Positions 1 to 12,624 of a stretch of 64,000 nt of DNA are shown here, one piece after another (positions within the stretch are counted from its first letter, which is position 1; each line of letters begins with the position of its first letter). The position numbers were made by a program, and so were the translations under genes. The DNA is taken from NCBI RefSeq assembly GCF_006345805.1, contig NC_043009.1, positions 2,170,001 through 2,234,000 of the forward strand, given 5' to 3'. Below the pieces are notes generated by a model that was not told the origin of the DNA, made no database searches, and worked only from the letters and a program-made list of their open reading frames with translations. The DNA comes from Octopus sinensis. Taxonomy: Eukaryota.

Positions 1-554
1 TATTTCCATGTTGTTATCTATGATGACAAAACCAAAAAAAAAACAACAACACAAAGAGAAATGGTTTAGCTGAATCTAATGTTTCAAAAATAGAATCAGA
101 TTTATAGGAAAGAAATCGCACTAATTCGTTGTGGCTCTCTTTTGGTTTATTATGAACGCTTTGAAAACAATTTGCTACTTCTGCGCGGTTGTTGCAAGAT
201 ATTAAACAGAAACCTTTCTGAATTTTATCGTTAATTTAGTTTTTTAAAAAATACTGCTACTAATTCCTCATAGCTCTGTTTTCATCGCTCTTATGGCATT
301 TGTTCTCGAATATTTATTGCGATTGTTTTGGGTCTATTATGATGATACAAGATTAGTGTAGGGGCAGAATCTCTGCTCTTTCAGTGTGAAATCGTTATGT
401 ATTATTATATTCAAAAGTTTGTTGCCTGATAAGTTATACGTAGTGGCCTTTTGTAATTATGTGGTACTTATTAGTTACATACATACATATATACATACGC
501 ACGTACACACACACACACACCACATACACATATATATATATATAATATATATAA

Positions 555-1217
555 CCAAAGAAAAATTTACGACCAAAAGCCTTACCATACATCTCCACAC
601 ACAACCCTCTCAACACTAAAGCCTTCGACACCATCCTCCAAAACACTCCTGCTACAAAAAGACCACAGAATGAACTTAATCCTCCAAACACACACGATCA
701 TAAAAAGCAAGAGACAGCCCAAATCCATGAAAAGTCTCCTAACACAAGCCCGAATACGTTCATCAACACAGAAGCCGACAGTAAAAAATGTGGAAGACCC
801 AATTGCGGGATATGCGATTATCTAATTGAGGGATCAGAGTTCTCCTTCAAACAGGGACAACGGTTCACAGTGAAAAGCAATTTCACATGTGCTTCGGAGA
901 ACCTGATGTACGCACTAACCTGCTCTGGGTGTCAAGAGCAACACATTGGTCAAACAAAAAATAGTTTACGTAAAAGAATGGCCCCGCACATATCCCAGAT
1001 AAAAATTCCCCAAAACAGAAAAATAGCATTCAGCCAACACATAAATATTTGCGCCAACAACAAAACTCCAAGCTTCAGGATTTTCCTCCTCTACCAATTC
1101 AGGGACGATACAACCTCGAGCCAACGAATAAATAAAGAAACTCTCTTTATTACAAAATACATGCACCTTCTGAACGCTTCTACGACAAACGATATATCCA
1201 CCTCAGCTTTAGAATAA
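555..1217 (+). mobile_element. Penelope-like element 3' fragment (linker + Cys motif + GIY-YIG endonuclease), frameshifted
   Basis: Translates to LPYISTHNP (~579-605), then CGRPNCGICDYL (from 789, in frame with ORF 870-1217) and SNFTCASENLMYALTCSGCQEQHIGQTKNSLRKRMAPH...KETLFI, the PLE-type GIY-YIG pattern. Confidence 0.85.
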
Positions 1218-1328
1218 CACAAATACACACGGAAATATAACGTTCCTAAAAATCCATTAAAATCAGCCCCAATCACAGCTATAATCCACAACGTGCCAAA
1301 TTTAAGTCATCCAACATCCCACTACTTC

Positions 1329-1765
1329 CACGAATTCATATTCTCCTTTCTTCTTCTTCTTCTTCTTCTTCTTCTTCTTCTTCTTCTTCTTCTTCTTCTT
1401 CTTCTTCTTCTTCTTCTTCTTCTTCTTCTTCTTCTTCTTCTCCCCCTTGTTCTTCTTCTTCTTTTTCTTTTTAACTTTACCACTAATACTTTTTAGTATA
1501 ACACCTACGCAAATTCTATAACAAACTTTTCAATAGAAATATTTTCAGTGTGAGCAGTGAAAAGCAGGAACTGCTGGCCACCCACTGACCACGACATTCA
1601 AGGCAATCCCAAATTCTTTCTCTCCTCTCCCCTTCTTTTCTTCTCTTCTTCTTCTTCTTCTTCTTCTTCTCTTCTTCTTCTTATCTTCTCTTCTTCTTCT
1701 TCTTCTTCTTCTTCTTCTTCTTCTTCTTCTTCTTCTTCTTCTTCTTCTTCTTCTTCTTCTTCTTC
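1329..1765. repeat. Two (TTC)n/(TCT)n microsatellite tracts
   Basis: Direct reading: ~1329-1441 and ~1640-1765. Confidence 0.95.
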
Positions 1766-1913
1766 CCTACCAAGAATTCACATGGACCTTGAACCCACAA
1801 GAGAAAACAAGAGAGACAGAAACAAGGAAAATGCCACTTATATTTGAACACTATACAAATATTCTTTTAAAAAAACTTTTCTTTTAATTTTTCTAAATTT
1901 AATTATTTAATCG

Positions 1914-1956
1914 TTACAGTTGAAATGGTCTCAAATGAACGAAACCGGTACTGAAA
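1914..1956 (+). ncRNA. Degenerate minimal hammerhead ribozyme in the probable pseudo-LTR of the upstream PLE
   Basis: TTACAG-TTGAAAT(decayed core)-GGTC-TCAAAT-GAAC-GAAA-CCGG-TA|CTGAAA; palindromic ACCGGT helix III, CAG/CTG helix I, same strand and downstream of the GIY-YIG ORF. Confidence 0.5.
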
Positions 1957-1981
1957 TGTTCTTTATAAAAATATATTAGCA

Positions 1982-2017
<36 letters not shown>

Positions 2018-2027
2018 CTCTCTCTCT

Positions 2028-2109
<82 letters not shown>

Positions 2110-2400
2110 CGTATGTATAAGGTACTGTTCCGTAATCAACAAAAATAAAATGAGTTTCATCTGGCTGGAGATAAATATTATTCATTTAAAGGACACAATG
2201 CATGTCTTTAAGTGCTACTAATAGTTACATATGTTGAAAAATCTCTATAACATATTCTTCATGCACAAATCATTTACACACACATACACACTCACATATA
2301 CCCACACTTGTAAATATTGTAGTTAGGTGTTAAATCCGAAAACGCAAGGAGGTGTATTAGTTTCGTAGAAGCTATTTGTCACAACCATTACGAATATTGA

Positions 2401-2582
2401 TTTCAAACTTTGGTACAAGGCCAGCAATTACCGAAGAGGGATTAAATTGATTGCATTGATCCTAGTGCTAAACTAGTATTTATTGTAACGACACCGAAAG
2501 GATAAATGGCAAAGTCGACCTCGGCGGATTTTGAACTCAGGACCTTATGACAGGTAATTTTGCCCGGCATGCTACAGATTCT
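2401..2582 (-). mobile_element. tRNA-derived SINE, family B (degenerate)
   Basis: Shares GGCAAAGTCGACCTCGGCGGA(T)TTTGAACTCAG core with the 10341-10575 copy. Confidence 0.75.
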
Positions 2583-3422
2583 ATCCCAAGATTCACCGTT
2601 AATACAATCCTACCCCATGATTCACCGTTAATGCAATCAGTCAAATGGTTACTATCTCATCTTTCCAGATTTACTTCATCTCTGAGATCAGTATTCAATA
2701 TGCTACTCTCTTTTAGTTAAAATTAGTACGAATGTAATTTGAGAAAAGATTTGCTGTTATTTTCAGCAATTTGAGTATTCATATTGGTTTCAGCGATGAC
2801 TTTTTGTCTACATTACCTCAGTGGATTCTGAGCTGCGATAGAAACACTGACGAAGCAGAAATTAATTCAACACCCTCAGCGCACTCGCCATTACAACACA
2901 CACAACATAAATAGACTCGTAAAACCGAAATGAAATAATACAATAATTCAAAATATTGTTTGTCCAATATATTGATTACTCTCTTACAGTGTTCAATAGA
3001 TTTGTACTTGTAAATTTCTTGTCTATACATCAATTTTAAGCCATAACACCTCGCCTAGCTGCAAACGGGTTGTATTTCTTTAACGTCATTTCGAGATTAA
3101 CGTCACTATATTCTATGTATTGCAGTGAATTACGCAACTCACAATCTACTGTTTTGAATTAATCTCTGTCAGATGTTTGACGGATGTATAGTCGTGGGGA
3201 CAGTTTTATTCATCACTGCTAGCTTACGAAATAAACTTCAATTATGTAAAGCATCACACTTAATGTTGTTGGAGAGAGAATATAATTAATTAAGTATAGG
3301 TGTGTGCTGAAAAAAGAAAACCTTAGATCAATGACTAATGTTAGACAATATTAGAATATATGTTACGTTTATATATTTGTTGTGAAAGATTTTTTATGTG
3401 AAATCGTGTGTTGAAACAAATA

Positions 3423-3571
3423 TTGTTGTATTTCGGAATGGTCATTTTGCCAGTTTAGGCAATAAATTTTAATGTAAAAAATAAATAACACTCAAGTAAA
3501 GTAACACAAAATATATAGTGCGTGTGTTTTATTGGCTAAACTGGCAAAATGACCATTCCGAAATACAACAA
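3423..3571. repeat. 36-bp perfect inverted repeat with ~77-bp spacer
   Basis: TTGTTGTATTTCGGAATGGTCATTTTGCCAGTTTAG (3423-3458) vs its reverse complement (3536-3571). Confidence 0.9.
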
Positions 3572-3926
3572 TAAGAATATATGTTATATTCTAATATAAC
3601 ATATTTTATAATATTGGCAAAGAAGGGCGACGTGTTAGGACGTATTTGTTTATTATTCAGCCTCATCAGCGAAGAAAAGGTTTCTCCGTACTGCGAAGAG
3701 AAAAGCATTGTGATGATACAAAACAACACACACTAGTAGATAAGAATATGATTATAATGACCGAAGAAAATATGCTACGGACGCTTCAGTATAGAATATA
3801 AAGAATAAATTTAGCGCAAAATGTTAATAGATTTATGAATGAACATCATCTGTACGATTCATTGCTCCTGATACACAATTTTCTAGAAACTAACGTCACT
3901 TTTGGAGTGATTTAACTGGAGTTTTT

Positions 3927-4270
3927 GGAGGCGCAGTGGCCCAGTGGTTAGGGCAGCCGTCTCGCGGTTGTAGGATCGCGGTTTCGATTCCCAGACCGAG
4001 CGTTGTGAGTGTTTATTGAGACCTAAAGCACTACGATGCTCTGGCAGAGGGGGAGTGGCGAACCCTGCTGTACTCTTTCACCACAACTTTCTCACACTCT
4101 TTCTTTCTGTTTCTGCTGTACCTTTATTTCAAAGGGCCAGCCTTGTCACACTTTGTGTCACGCTGAATCTCCCCCGAGAACTACGTTAAGGGTACACGTG
4201 TCTGTGGAGTACTCAGCCACTTGCACGTTAATTTCACGGGCAGGCTGTTCCGTTGATCGGATCAGTCGGT
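3927..4270 (+). mobile_element. tRNA-derived SINE, head D + tail X
   Basis: A-box-like TGGCCCAGTGGTTAGG and B-box-like GGTTTCGATTCCC; body homologous to 35842-36132 and 53181-53479. Confidence 0.85.
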
Positions 4271-5396
4271 ACGTTTTAGTTTTTGATATTTAGCAAGAAA
4301 TATTTGCCTTTTAACTGGTACTATGTCGGTCTAACAGCTTAAGTAGTTCGTGTGGCTCTATATTTTACAGATTGATAAGTTGATTCTTTCCACGCAAATA
4401 GTTGTCTGCTCAACTGCTGCAGGCGTCATAGTTCGGGTTATCTTGAAAATATATTCAACCTCTTTAACTATACAGTTGATTGGTGTAATAATCACCCTGG
4501 AATGGAAAGTGTATTCATCTGAAATTTTAAGCCTAGTATGGTTAGATTCATGTGGCAATGTTCAACCTAAATATCCGAAGCTCAGCTCTTGCTGCTGTAA
4601 AGGTTCACAAGCACTGACATTTGTTCTTATCGATCTGAACAGCACAGATGTTGCAGTAGTGGCGTTAAAGATGGAGACATATTAAGCTATCCACTCAAGT
4701 CAGTCTTTCACAGATCACGAATGTGTGTTTGCATATAATATCATTACAATGGTAACCTATTGACACGCCGTTCCTTTTCTTGTCAAGTAACGAACGTCAA
4801 ATCTTTGCCTTCAACTGGAAATCGAAATTTGATCGCTGATTTCTAGGATCAACAGAACCTTAATTCTTACTTTAAATTTGAATAACTAAATATTAAAAGA
4901 AAAAAAATCGCAAAGCAAATAATTGAAACATAATGGAAATGAACAGCATGAAAATGTGTAGAAATGTGAAAACAAAAAAAAAGAATTAGAAATATAATTT
5001 GAATGATGTAAATATATTTTATTAGTTTTGGACGTTATTTTTTTCATTTAGAATTGCAATTTTTTTCGTCTAATCGTTACACTGTTTTCTTTGGCTATTT
5101 CCTCAAATAAAAAAAATGTAATTAAAAACAAGTAATAAAAGGTAAATTTAGGGAATTATATTAAATCTCTCTTAAATATTCCGCTCTAATCGAAATGTGT
5201 CAAAAGCAAAACTTGCTTAATTATATATCGCCCACGTTTTGTTTCTTTAGCATTTTAAAAATTTAAATTTATTTACAATGACGTTATTTTATCATTTAAT
5301 ATCTAATTTAGGTGATAAGGTGTTTCTGTGTTAGAATGATGTTTCGCATCACAAAGTGAGGGAGATTGTGTGTCTTAGTGGGATAGTTAGATAGGT

Positions 5397-5425
5397 TGAT
5401 AGATAGATAGATACATTGATAGGTC

Positions 5426-5460
<35 letters not shown>

Positions 5461-5461
5461 G

Positions 5462-5496
<35 letters not shown>

Positions 5497-5534
5497 GGAT
5501 AGATAGATAGATAGATAGATCGATAGATAGATAC

Positions 5535-5586
<52 letters not shown>

Positions 5587-5587
5587 G

Positions 5588-5662
<75 letters not shown>
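5397..5662. repeat. (GATA)n tetranucleotide array
   Basis: Direct reading. Confidence 0.95.
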
Positions 5663-5663
<1 letters not shown>

Positions 5664-6130
5664 GAAAAGAGAGTGAATGAAATGTCGTACAAAAGAGTAA
5701 GGCAGTGACATATAGAGAAAGTAGAAGAGAAAGAAAGTGAGAAGGAATTCTTAAGGAATGAGAGTGAAGAGATGGTGGGAGAGTGAAAGAAATGTGTAAG
5801 AGAAAAAGGGAAAGGATTTATAAGAGTGTAATGTATGAATGCAAGGCATCAGTAGAAACAAATAGAGTGAGTCATACATAATGAATAAGAAGGAAAGAGA
5901 AAAGTGAGAAATGAGAGGCGGGGTTAGGGCGCTGGGGCCGAAAAAGAAAGTGAAAGAAGGATAGAGAGGCAGGGAAAAGAGAGGAGGGCGAAATGGTGTG
6001 AAAGTAAAAGTGAAGTTTTAGTTAATAAATTGCAACGTGGGTTGGAGAATGAAGGATCGGGGACTAAATGGAGCGCGGGAGAAGAAAGAAGGAAAAAGCG
6101 TTACTAAATTCAGAGAGTATAAACTTTAAT

Positions 6131-6493
6131 CTTTACTCTTTTATTTGTTTCAGTCATGTGATTGTAGCTATGCTGGAGCCCCGACTTTAGTCGAGCATAT
6201 CACCCCCAGGACTTATTCTTTTGCCAAACCGCCAAGTTACAGGGATGTAAACACACCAGCATCGGTTGTCAAGCGATGTTGGGGGGACAAACACAGACAC
6301 ACAAACATACATACACACATATATACATATATATACATATATATAAGACGGGCTTCATTCAGTTTCCATCTACCAAATCCACTTACAAGGCTTTAGTCGG
6401 CCCGTGGGTATAGTAGGTGCCACGCAGTGGGACTGAACCCGGAACCATGTGGTTCGTAAGCAAGCTACTTACCACACAGCCACTCCTACGCCT
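6131..6493 (-). mobile_element. tRNA-derived SINE, family A
   Basis: Minus-strand head AGGCGTAGGAGTGGCTGTGTGGTAAG...GGTTCAGTCCC, internal (TA/CA)n, tail ...GAAACAAATAAAAGAGTAAAG; homologous to 21924-22330 and 46048-46445. Confidence 0.9.
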
Positions 6494-6989
6494 ATTATAA
6501 TTATAAAAATGAAATATAACGCGAAGAAGTGAGTACATAGAGGAATTATAGAAAGTACCCAAATATATGTGAAGAAAGAAAAGAATAAAAAACGTGTGGT
6601 ATAGTTTTAGAAAAAAGTTATAATTATGTATATTTACCTATATACATAGATGCATAGAGCGATAGATATATGCATACACACAGTTACATACATATATACA
6701 TACATACTCACATATTCACACACGCACAGACGCATGCGCAAACACTCGCACCCATATAGATAAATAGAAAGAGTGTGTGAGAAATATAGAAGGAGATAGA
6801 CATGGAGAGAAAAACAGGAAAAAGACGAGTTAGTTTAAAAGTTTGTATATTTGCGAACTGGGATGAGGACAATATTTTTAAGGGAAGGGAGTAAATGAAT
6901 TTGGTGAGTGTAAGTGAACAGAAGGGTCACACAGGAGAGCGAAGAAGTAGGGGAGATAATAAAGTAAAGATGACCCCCCAACACGAATA

Positions 6990-7113
6990 TAGATAGATAG
7001 ATAGATAGATACGCAAACATATATACATACATATATATATGTATATATATACATGTATATATATACATATACATACATACATATATATGTATATATACAT
7101 ATATACACATACG

Positions 7114-7146
<33 letters not shown>

Positions 7147-7187
7147 ACATACATATATGCGTATATATATACATATATATATATGTA

Positions 7188-7235
<48 letters not shown>

Positions 7236-7345
7236 CGGATGTATATATACACATGTGTATGTATGTATGTATATATATATATACATATATATGTATGTAT
7301 ATCACACATACGCACACACACATGCGTGTATATGTATGTACATAT
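6990..7345. repeat. (TA)/(CA)/(TATG) mosaic microsatellite
   Basis: Direct reading; source of the spurious YI-rich ORFs. Confidence 0.95.
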
Positions 7346-7507
7346 GTATTAGTTTTCTCACCAATCAAAAGGGATATACAACTCTCAATTAAACACCAAT
7401 TAAGGCTTTATGTGCTATATGTTATGATGAGATGAATCCTTGAAGATGATCTCTCCGATGCCCACGGGTACTAAAGAATACATGGTAATCATCCCAGGAA
7501 TACGAAC

Positions 7508-7550
7508 TGTGATCTGAAGAGACATGTGGTTTGTGGAAACGCGTTTAGCG
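7508..7550 (+). ncRNA. Degenerate HHR-like motif
   Basis: CTGAAGA (7514-7520)-GACA..TGTG-GAAA-CGCG-TT; core and palindromic ACGCGT present, helix I not pairable. Confidence 0.35.
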
Positions 7551-8660
7551 ATGCATTAAAATGGTTATGAATTCCATCCTAATATTAATGTTACTATTAA
7601 TATATTATATTGTTACAGCTTTGATGTAACCCCCCCAAAACTGGTTTACCAATCAACATCATTAGACTGTGGCCAGCATTATGGAATAGGTACTTTATTT
7701 GCATATTTAAAATACTTCCAGTAGACAAATTTAAAAGGTAGGTTTGTACGTATGTATTTATTTATCTATGTAGGTACGTATGACAAAAATTTGGCACGGG
7801 TACGACAGGGTGTTATACGAAAAAGCACGAAAGAGTACACACAACAGAAGTGGACATGGTCCCCGCCTAATCAATTGTCGACGTGATATCATCACAATTT
7901 CGACATTTTTCGATAATATTCTTTAACTGCCTGTGTTATCAGCATGAGCTGTTTGGTTATAAATATGTGGACATGATAGATGAATATAAGCGAATAAGAA
8001 GAGGAAAAAATGTGACAGGTACAATAAGAAGAAATCAAGCGCTCTGTAGGGCGAAAGGAAAAGACAAGATATGAGTTAAACAGGAAAACATGTACAACGA
8101 AGAAAAAACCCCAAACAAACGAAGAAGGTCTCAACACATATGTATGCGTGTGGTAGCAAAAATTGCAACGTATAGAGGAAGATATTGCCAATGAATACAG
8201 CATATCAAAATGTGGAAGGTCTGTATAATATACGAATATATCAGAATAAGTAATACAACAGAACAAAATTTTGTTTTCTAAACGTTGTTTAGGCTTTTCA
8301 TGAAATTTAATCAAGTTTAACAGATTGACCTCTTCACAAATCATACGAAGGCCAATTTTCATATCCCTTGAGCTTGTCTAGGAGAAAAAAAGAATGAAAA
8401 TCAAATGTCATATACGGCCAAGAGATAATGCCCAATGTGATTACGTACGATGTGGCATTACTACATATCACACACGTATACACAAACACATGTACGCACG
8501 AAGATACGCACATGCACACAAATATATACGTCCATATACATGTGAGTATGTATATGTATATATATATATACATACACACACGCATACATATAATATGTCT
8601 ATAAATGTGTGTAAAAGATACATATATATATATATACCTTATATTTACTTAAGTATACAT

Positions 8661-8723
<63 letters not shown>

Positions 8724-8785
8724 GTTTGCATACATGTGTAAATAAACATACATATATAATATATGTGTATATACATTTTTCTCCT

Positions 8786-8869
<84 letters not shown>

Positions 8870-9482
8870 CGTATGCGTCTGCTCACACGGGTACGTGTGT
8901 GTTAATGTGTGCAAGAATGCGTATTGTGGTATTGACATTTCACTCAGAATCGAAAATCGATTCTATTTCAAAAACACGAACAAAGGAATGGCAAACATTA
9001 CAAAAACGAAAACAAAACCAAGAACAAAACACACACACACAAAGACACACACACACATACACACACAAAATACTAAATAAATAAAAATTAAAAAAAGTAA
9101 AAATAAGACAAGCCGAAAAATTCTAGAATATGTTAAAATTAAATCTGAAACCAAAAAAATAATGTAATAAACAAATAATTTAAAACCGAAAATAAAGGAA
9201 TATATGAATAAAAACAAAGAGTGTAGAATTTAAGGTGAAATCCCTTGTGTATTATTATTTAGCAATTAATATTTACAGAGAAGGAATTCATTATCTTTCT
9301 TGTTTTCTGATTATAATTCGCTAACACAACACTCCTCATTTTGTTCTTGTAGCAAGTTTTCTGAAGTCAAAATATGATTATGACAGCTATTGAGAATAAC
9401 GGTATTGTCATCATTAATGATATTTTTGCTGGCCGCGGAATCGTAGAGGCTGTAAACCAAGTTGTTTTGACTGATCTTACAG

Positions 9483-9595
9483 CGAAAATGCATCTCCAGC
9501 TGTTTTGCCCTCAATATCTGTGAAACCTAGCAACTATTATGGCCAATATCCTTCTCGCGAGAATCCTTTTGCAAGATATGTAGAAGCAATACAAG
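9483..9595 (+). CDS. Candidate isolated 113-nt internal exon (unverified)
   Basis: Acceptor CTGATCTTACAG|, donor AG|GTTAGT, open frame ENASPAVLPSISVKPSNYYGQYPSRENPFARYVEAIQ in non-repeat DNA; no homology recognised. Confidence 0.2.
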
Positions 9596-10169
9596 GTTAG
9601 TTTATATATATATATATATATTAACTCTTCTCTTGTTAAAGTAATTGGTGTGCAGCCATGTTAGAATACCGACTTGAAACATAATTTTAAAGTTTGATGC
9701 ATATAATACAGGGTTTTTTGCCGAACCGCTAAGTTATAAGTATGTAAAAATCCCAACACTATTTATCATATCCTCTGGAGCGAGCGGCAAGGGCGAACTT
9801 AAAGAATTTTTCGAGCACACACACGTATATATCGTTGCTATCAGGTTAAACTGTCGTATGTCTAAATTTGACCAAATGCGCCTTTTTCACTATTTATTTT
9901 TGCTCCTTTTCGTCAAACTATCGTATCTCCAGCTGCTTCAGATGCCAAGGTATTAAAGATTGTTTAGTACAACAGTTATAAACAAAAAAAGTTTAGTACA
10001 ACAGTTTTGGTATGAAATGGTGAAACTATTTTTCATTTTCTGAAAAGCAACCTTTTGGACATACGACACTTTTGCATAATAGCAACGATATTATTAATTG
10101 TTTTTATGCGAAGTAATACTATAAACAATCAAGGTTTACACGATCACTTTCAGTTGTCTCAGCCTCCAT

Positions 10170-10218
10170 CGAACCGTCTCGTGAAGGCTAAGAGTGCCGA
10201 AACTTCGATGTCACTATC
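10170..10218 (+). ncRNA. Degenerate HHR-like motif
   Basis: CTCGTGA-A-GGC-TAAGAGT-GCC-GAAA-C-TTCGAT-G-TC|ACT; near-palindromic helix III (CATCGATG with one change); an old inverted pair lies upstream (9832-9864 vs 10055-10088). Confidence 0.4.
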
Positions 10219-10245
10219 AAAATTACTCTTGTAAAAGAATGTGTT

Positions 10246-10291
<46 letters not shown>

Positions 10292-10340
10292 AGTATGTGT
10301 GTGTGCAGGTATGTATATATGGAGGGCTCTCACTTAATTG

Positions 10341-10575
10341 CTTATTTATTTATTGCCCACAAGGGGCTAAACATAGGGGGGACAAACAAGGACAGATAAA
10401 AGGATTAAATCGATTACATCAACCCCAGTGCGTAACTGGTTCTTAATTTATCGACCCCGAAAGGATGAAAGGCAAATTCGACCTCGACGGAATTTGAACT
10501 CAGAACGTAAAGACAGACGAAATACCACTAAACAATTCGCCCGGCGTGCTAACGTTTCTGCCAGCTCACCGCCTT
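10341..10575 (-). mobile_element. tRNA-derived SINE, family B, tail 1
   Basis: Head (rc) AGGCGGTGAGCTGGCAGAAACGTTAGC...GAGTTCAAATTCC, central GGTCGA..TTTGCCTTTCATCCTTTCGGGGTCGATAAA, tail ...GCCCCTTGTGGGCAATAAATAA. Confidence 0.9.
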
Positions 10576-11671
10576 AGTTTCTGTCTACCCTAATCTTCCA
10601 CTTAATTACTGTCTACCATAACGTCTCACATTATCGTAGGGTGATAGCACTGACAGTTGTCCAAGGGTCCGCGTAGTGGGACTAAAACTAAAAGCTCCTG
10701 GCTGGAAAGCGAGTTAGTTGACCATCTCAGCATGTTTCCTAAAAAGAATATGAACTGTTTTTAGATTCTGCTTTTCTATCGCTTCCAAATTTGCCTTCCT
10801 ACTTTGATACTGATGGTGTTCATGACACCAGTTATTTGACATTGTCTACCTACATGTCCTACCTTTTTCCAAGCTCGGCGTGTCCAAAAGATTCTGAATT
10901 GTGCCTAGTCTGCACTAGCCAGAATATCAGGCCACGCGAATTTCCTCCTAGCACATGTCTCTTATTCTGGGACTTGGCATAGAAACGGTAAAAAGAAAAT
11001 GCCGCGAATCATTAAATTAATGGTATCATTCTGCTCTATCCAAGAAGGCCTATAGGGGCCATGGTCACGAACCCTCACACGTGAGCTAGGAAAAAGTCAT
11101 CAGCAACCTGTCACTACATCATTCATTTATATTTTTCCTTTTCGTAAGATGGTATGGCGTAATTTCCATTATATTTGTTCGATCTATCCTGAAAATCGAC
11201 TGACTGCTCAAATGACTGACATCTGCAGAATGAATATCATTTCCCAGTGAATCTAGTCCGAAATAAATGAAAGAATTTCGTCTCAATTTTTCATAATGAC
11301 TTCTACTGTCCTTTTATTCTGTGTCAGGTGTGTGGTCACAACCCATTCAATCGTAGCCATCTAATTTATTAGGAGTGACCACGGCTATTCACAAAGTATG
11401 ATACTCAGTTTTACGACTGTAGGATTTGAACTGTAGGAGAAATTGGTTACGATTTCTAGGAAATCGAGCATCTGTGTACAGGCCCCTACAGTATATCGTT
11501 CCAAAAGCTGACATATTTTTAGCTGGCTTTAAGCTTTCCAAAATATGATTGAAAATTAAAAAAAAGGTAGACATTATTAGAACGTAGAACGTAAAGGGCA
11601 GAAACACCCACTGCAAGATCTTTTGTTCCTGATCGTGTTATAGTGATTCTGCTAGTTCACTGCCATAATAA

Positions 11672-11733
<62 letters not shown>

Positions 11734-11754
11734 ATAATAATAATAATAATAATA

Positions 11755-11950
11755 ATAATCCTTTCTACTGGAGGCACAAGTCCTCAAATTTGGGGTAGGG
11801 TACACCAGGGTTTCACTGGTACTTAATTTATCGAACCCGGAATGATGAAATGCAAAGTCGACCTCCGCGGAATTTGGACTCAGAACGTAGCGACGGGCAA
11901 AATACCGCTAAGCATTTCGTTCAACGTGCTATCGATTCTGCCAGCTTACA
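11755..11950 (-). mobile_element. tRNA-derived SINE, family B, tail 2, abutting (TAA)n/(TAC)n
   Basis: Same head and core as 10341 but tail ...CAAATTTGAGGACTTGTGCCTCCAGTAGAAAGG(ATT)n. Confidence 0.85.
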
Positions 11951-12297
11951 GCTTGAGAATGTTTCTATGATGGCACAAGCAGCATTGAGAGAGAACAGGA
12001 AAGATAGAGAGGGGGAGATAGAGAGAGGAGGGAAAAGTGTGGAGAAAGAGAGAGAGAGAGAGGGAGAGAGAGAGAGGGAGAGAGTGGAGAACGAAAGAGA
12101 GAGGGAGATAAAGAGATTATCGAGGGCTATAGACAATGAATCCCAGCATATTTTCTTCGAGCAAGCGAATGCTGGCTTAAGCTTTAATATACATACATAT
12201 AGATATATTAATGCATTATACATAAATAATGTAACTAAAAAACAAAAATATATATTAGGAATTGCGATTTATAAATACATGAGCTAAGCAAAGTTGA

Positions 12298-12329
<32 letters not shown>

Positions 12330-12530
12330 CCGGCATTAACCATGATAGATCGCTAGCCACGACACATTCTTTATTTTCTCTCCCTATTTCTTTCTGTGTT
12401 CCTTTCTGTGGTAGAGCGTAGGCTCGAAATGTCAAAGACATTTTCAGCTCCCGAGCGTTAAACTAATACATCTGTTTGTTGTCTACACCACCTGTCTTCG
12501 TCTTTTGTTTTTTTTGTGAATTCTCTACCT
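12330..12530 (+). mobile_element. TA-embedded pseudo-LTR-like fragment carrying a decayed HHR-like motif (12402-12437)
   Basis: CTTT-CTGTGGT-A-GAGC-GTAG-GCTC-GAAA-TG-TC|AAAG; homologous to 38971-39020; flanked by (TA)/(TG) repeats. Confidence 0.55.
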
Positions 12531-12574
12531 ACATATATATATATATATATATAATATATATATATATATTATAT

Positions 12575-12619
<45 letters not shown>

Positions 12620-12624
12620 CAAGC

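Noticed and set aside
3645-3670. Minus-strand CTGATGA with partial helix II
   Set aside because: GAAA is lost and helix I does not pair; similar weak cases at 2866, 16000, 29527, 48062 and 50535 (GAAACATCGATGTC without a core) were also dropped.
3927-4000. tRNA-like sequences (also ~21924, 36060, 52090, 53640)
   Set aside because: They have A/B boxes but no complete cloverleaf and continue into SINE bodies, so they are SINE heads, not tRNA genes.
4350-4685. Overlapping open frames on both strands in unique DNA
   Set aside because: No recognisable domain; the minus frame has an internal TGA and no consistent splice-site pair was found.
7880-8470. Possible decayed transposase/LINE coding region (GTIRRNQ; KLQRIEEDIANEY)
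   Set aside because: Fragments are too short and out of order to assign to a family.
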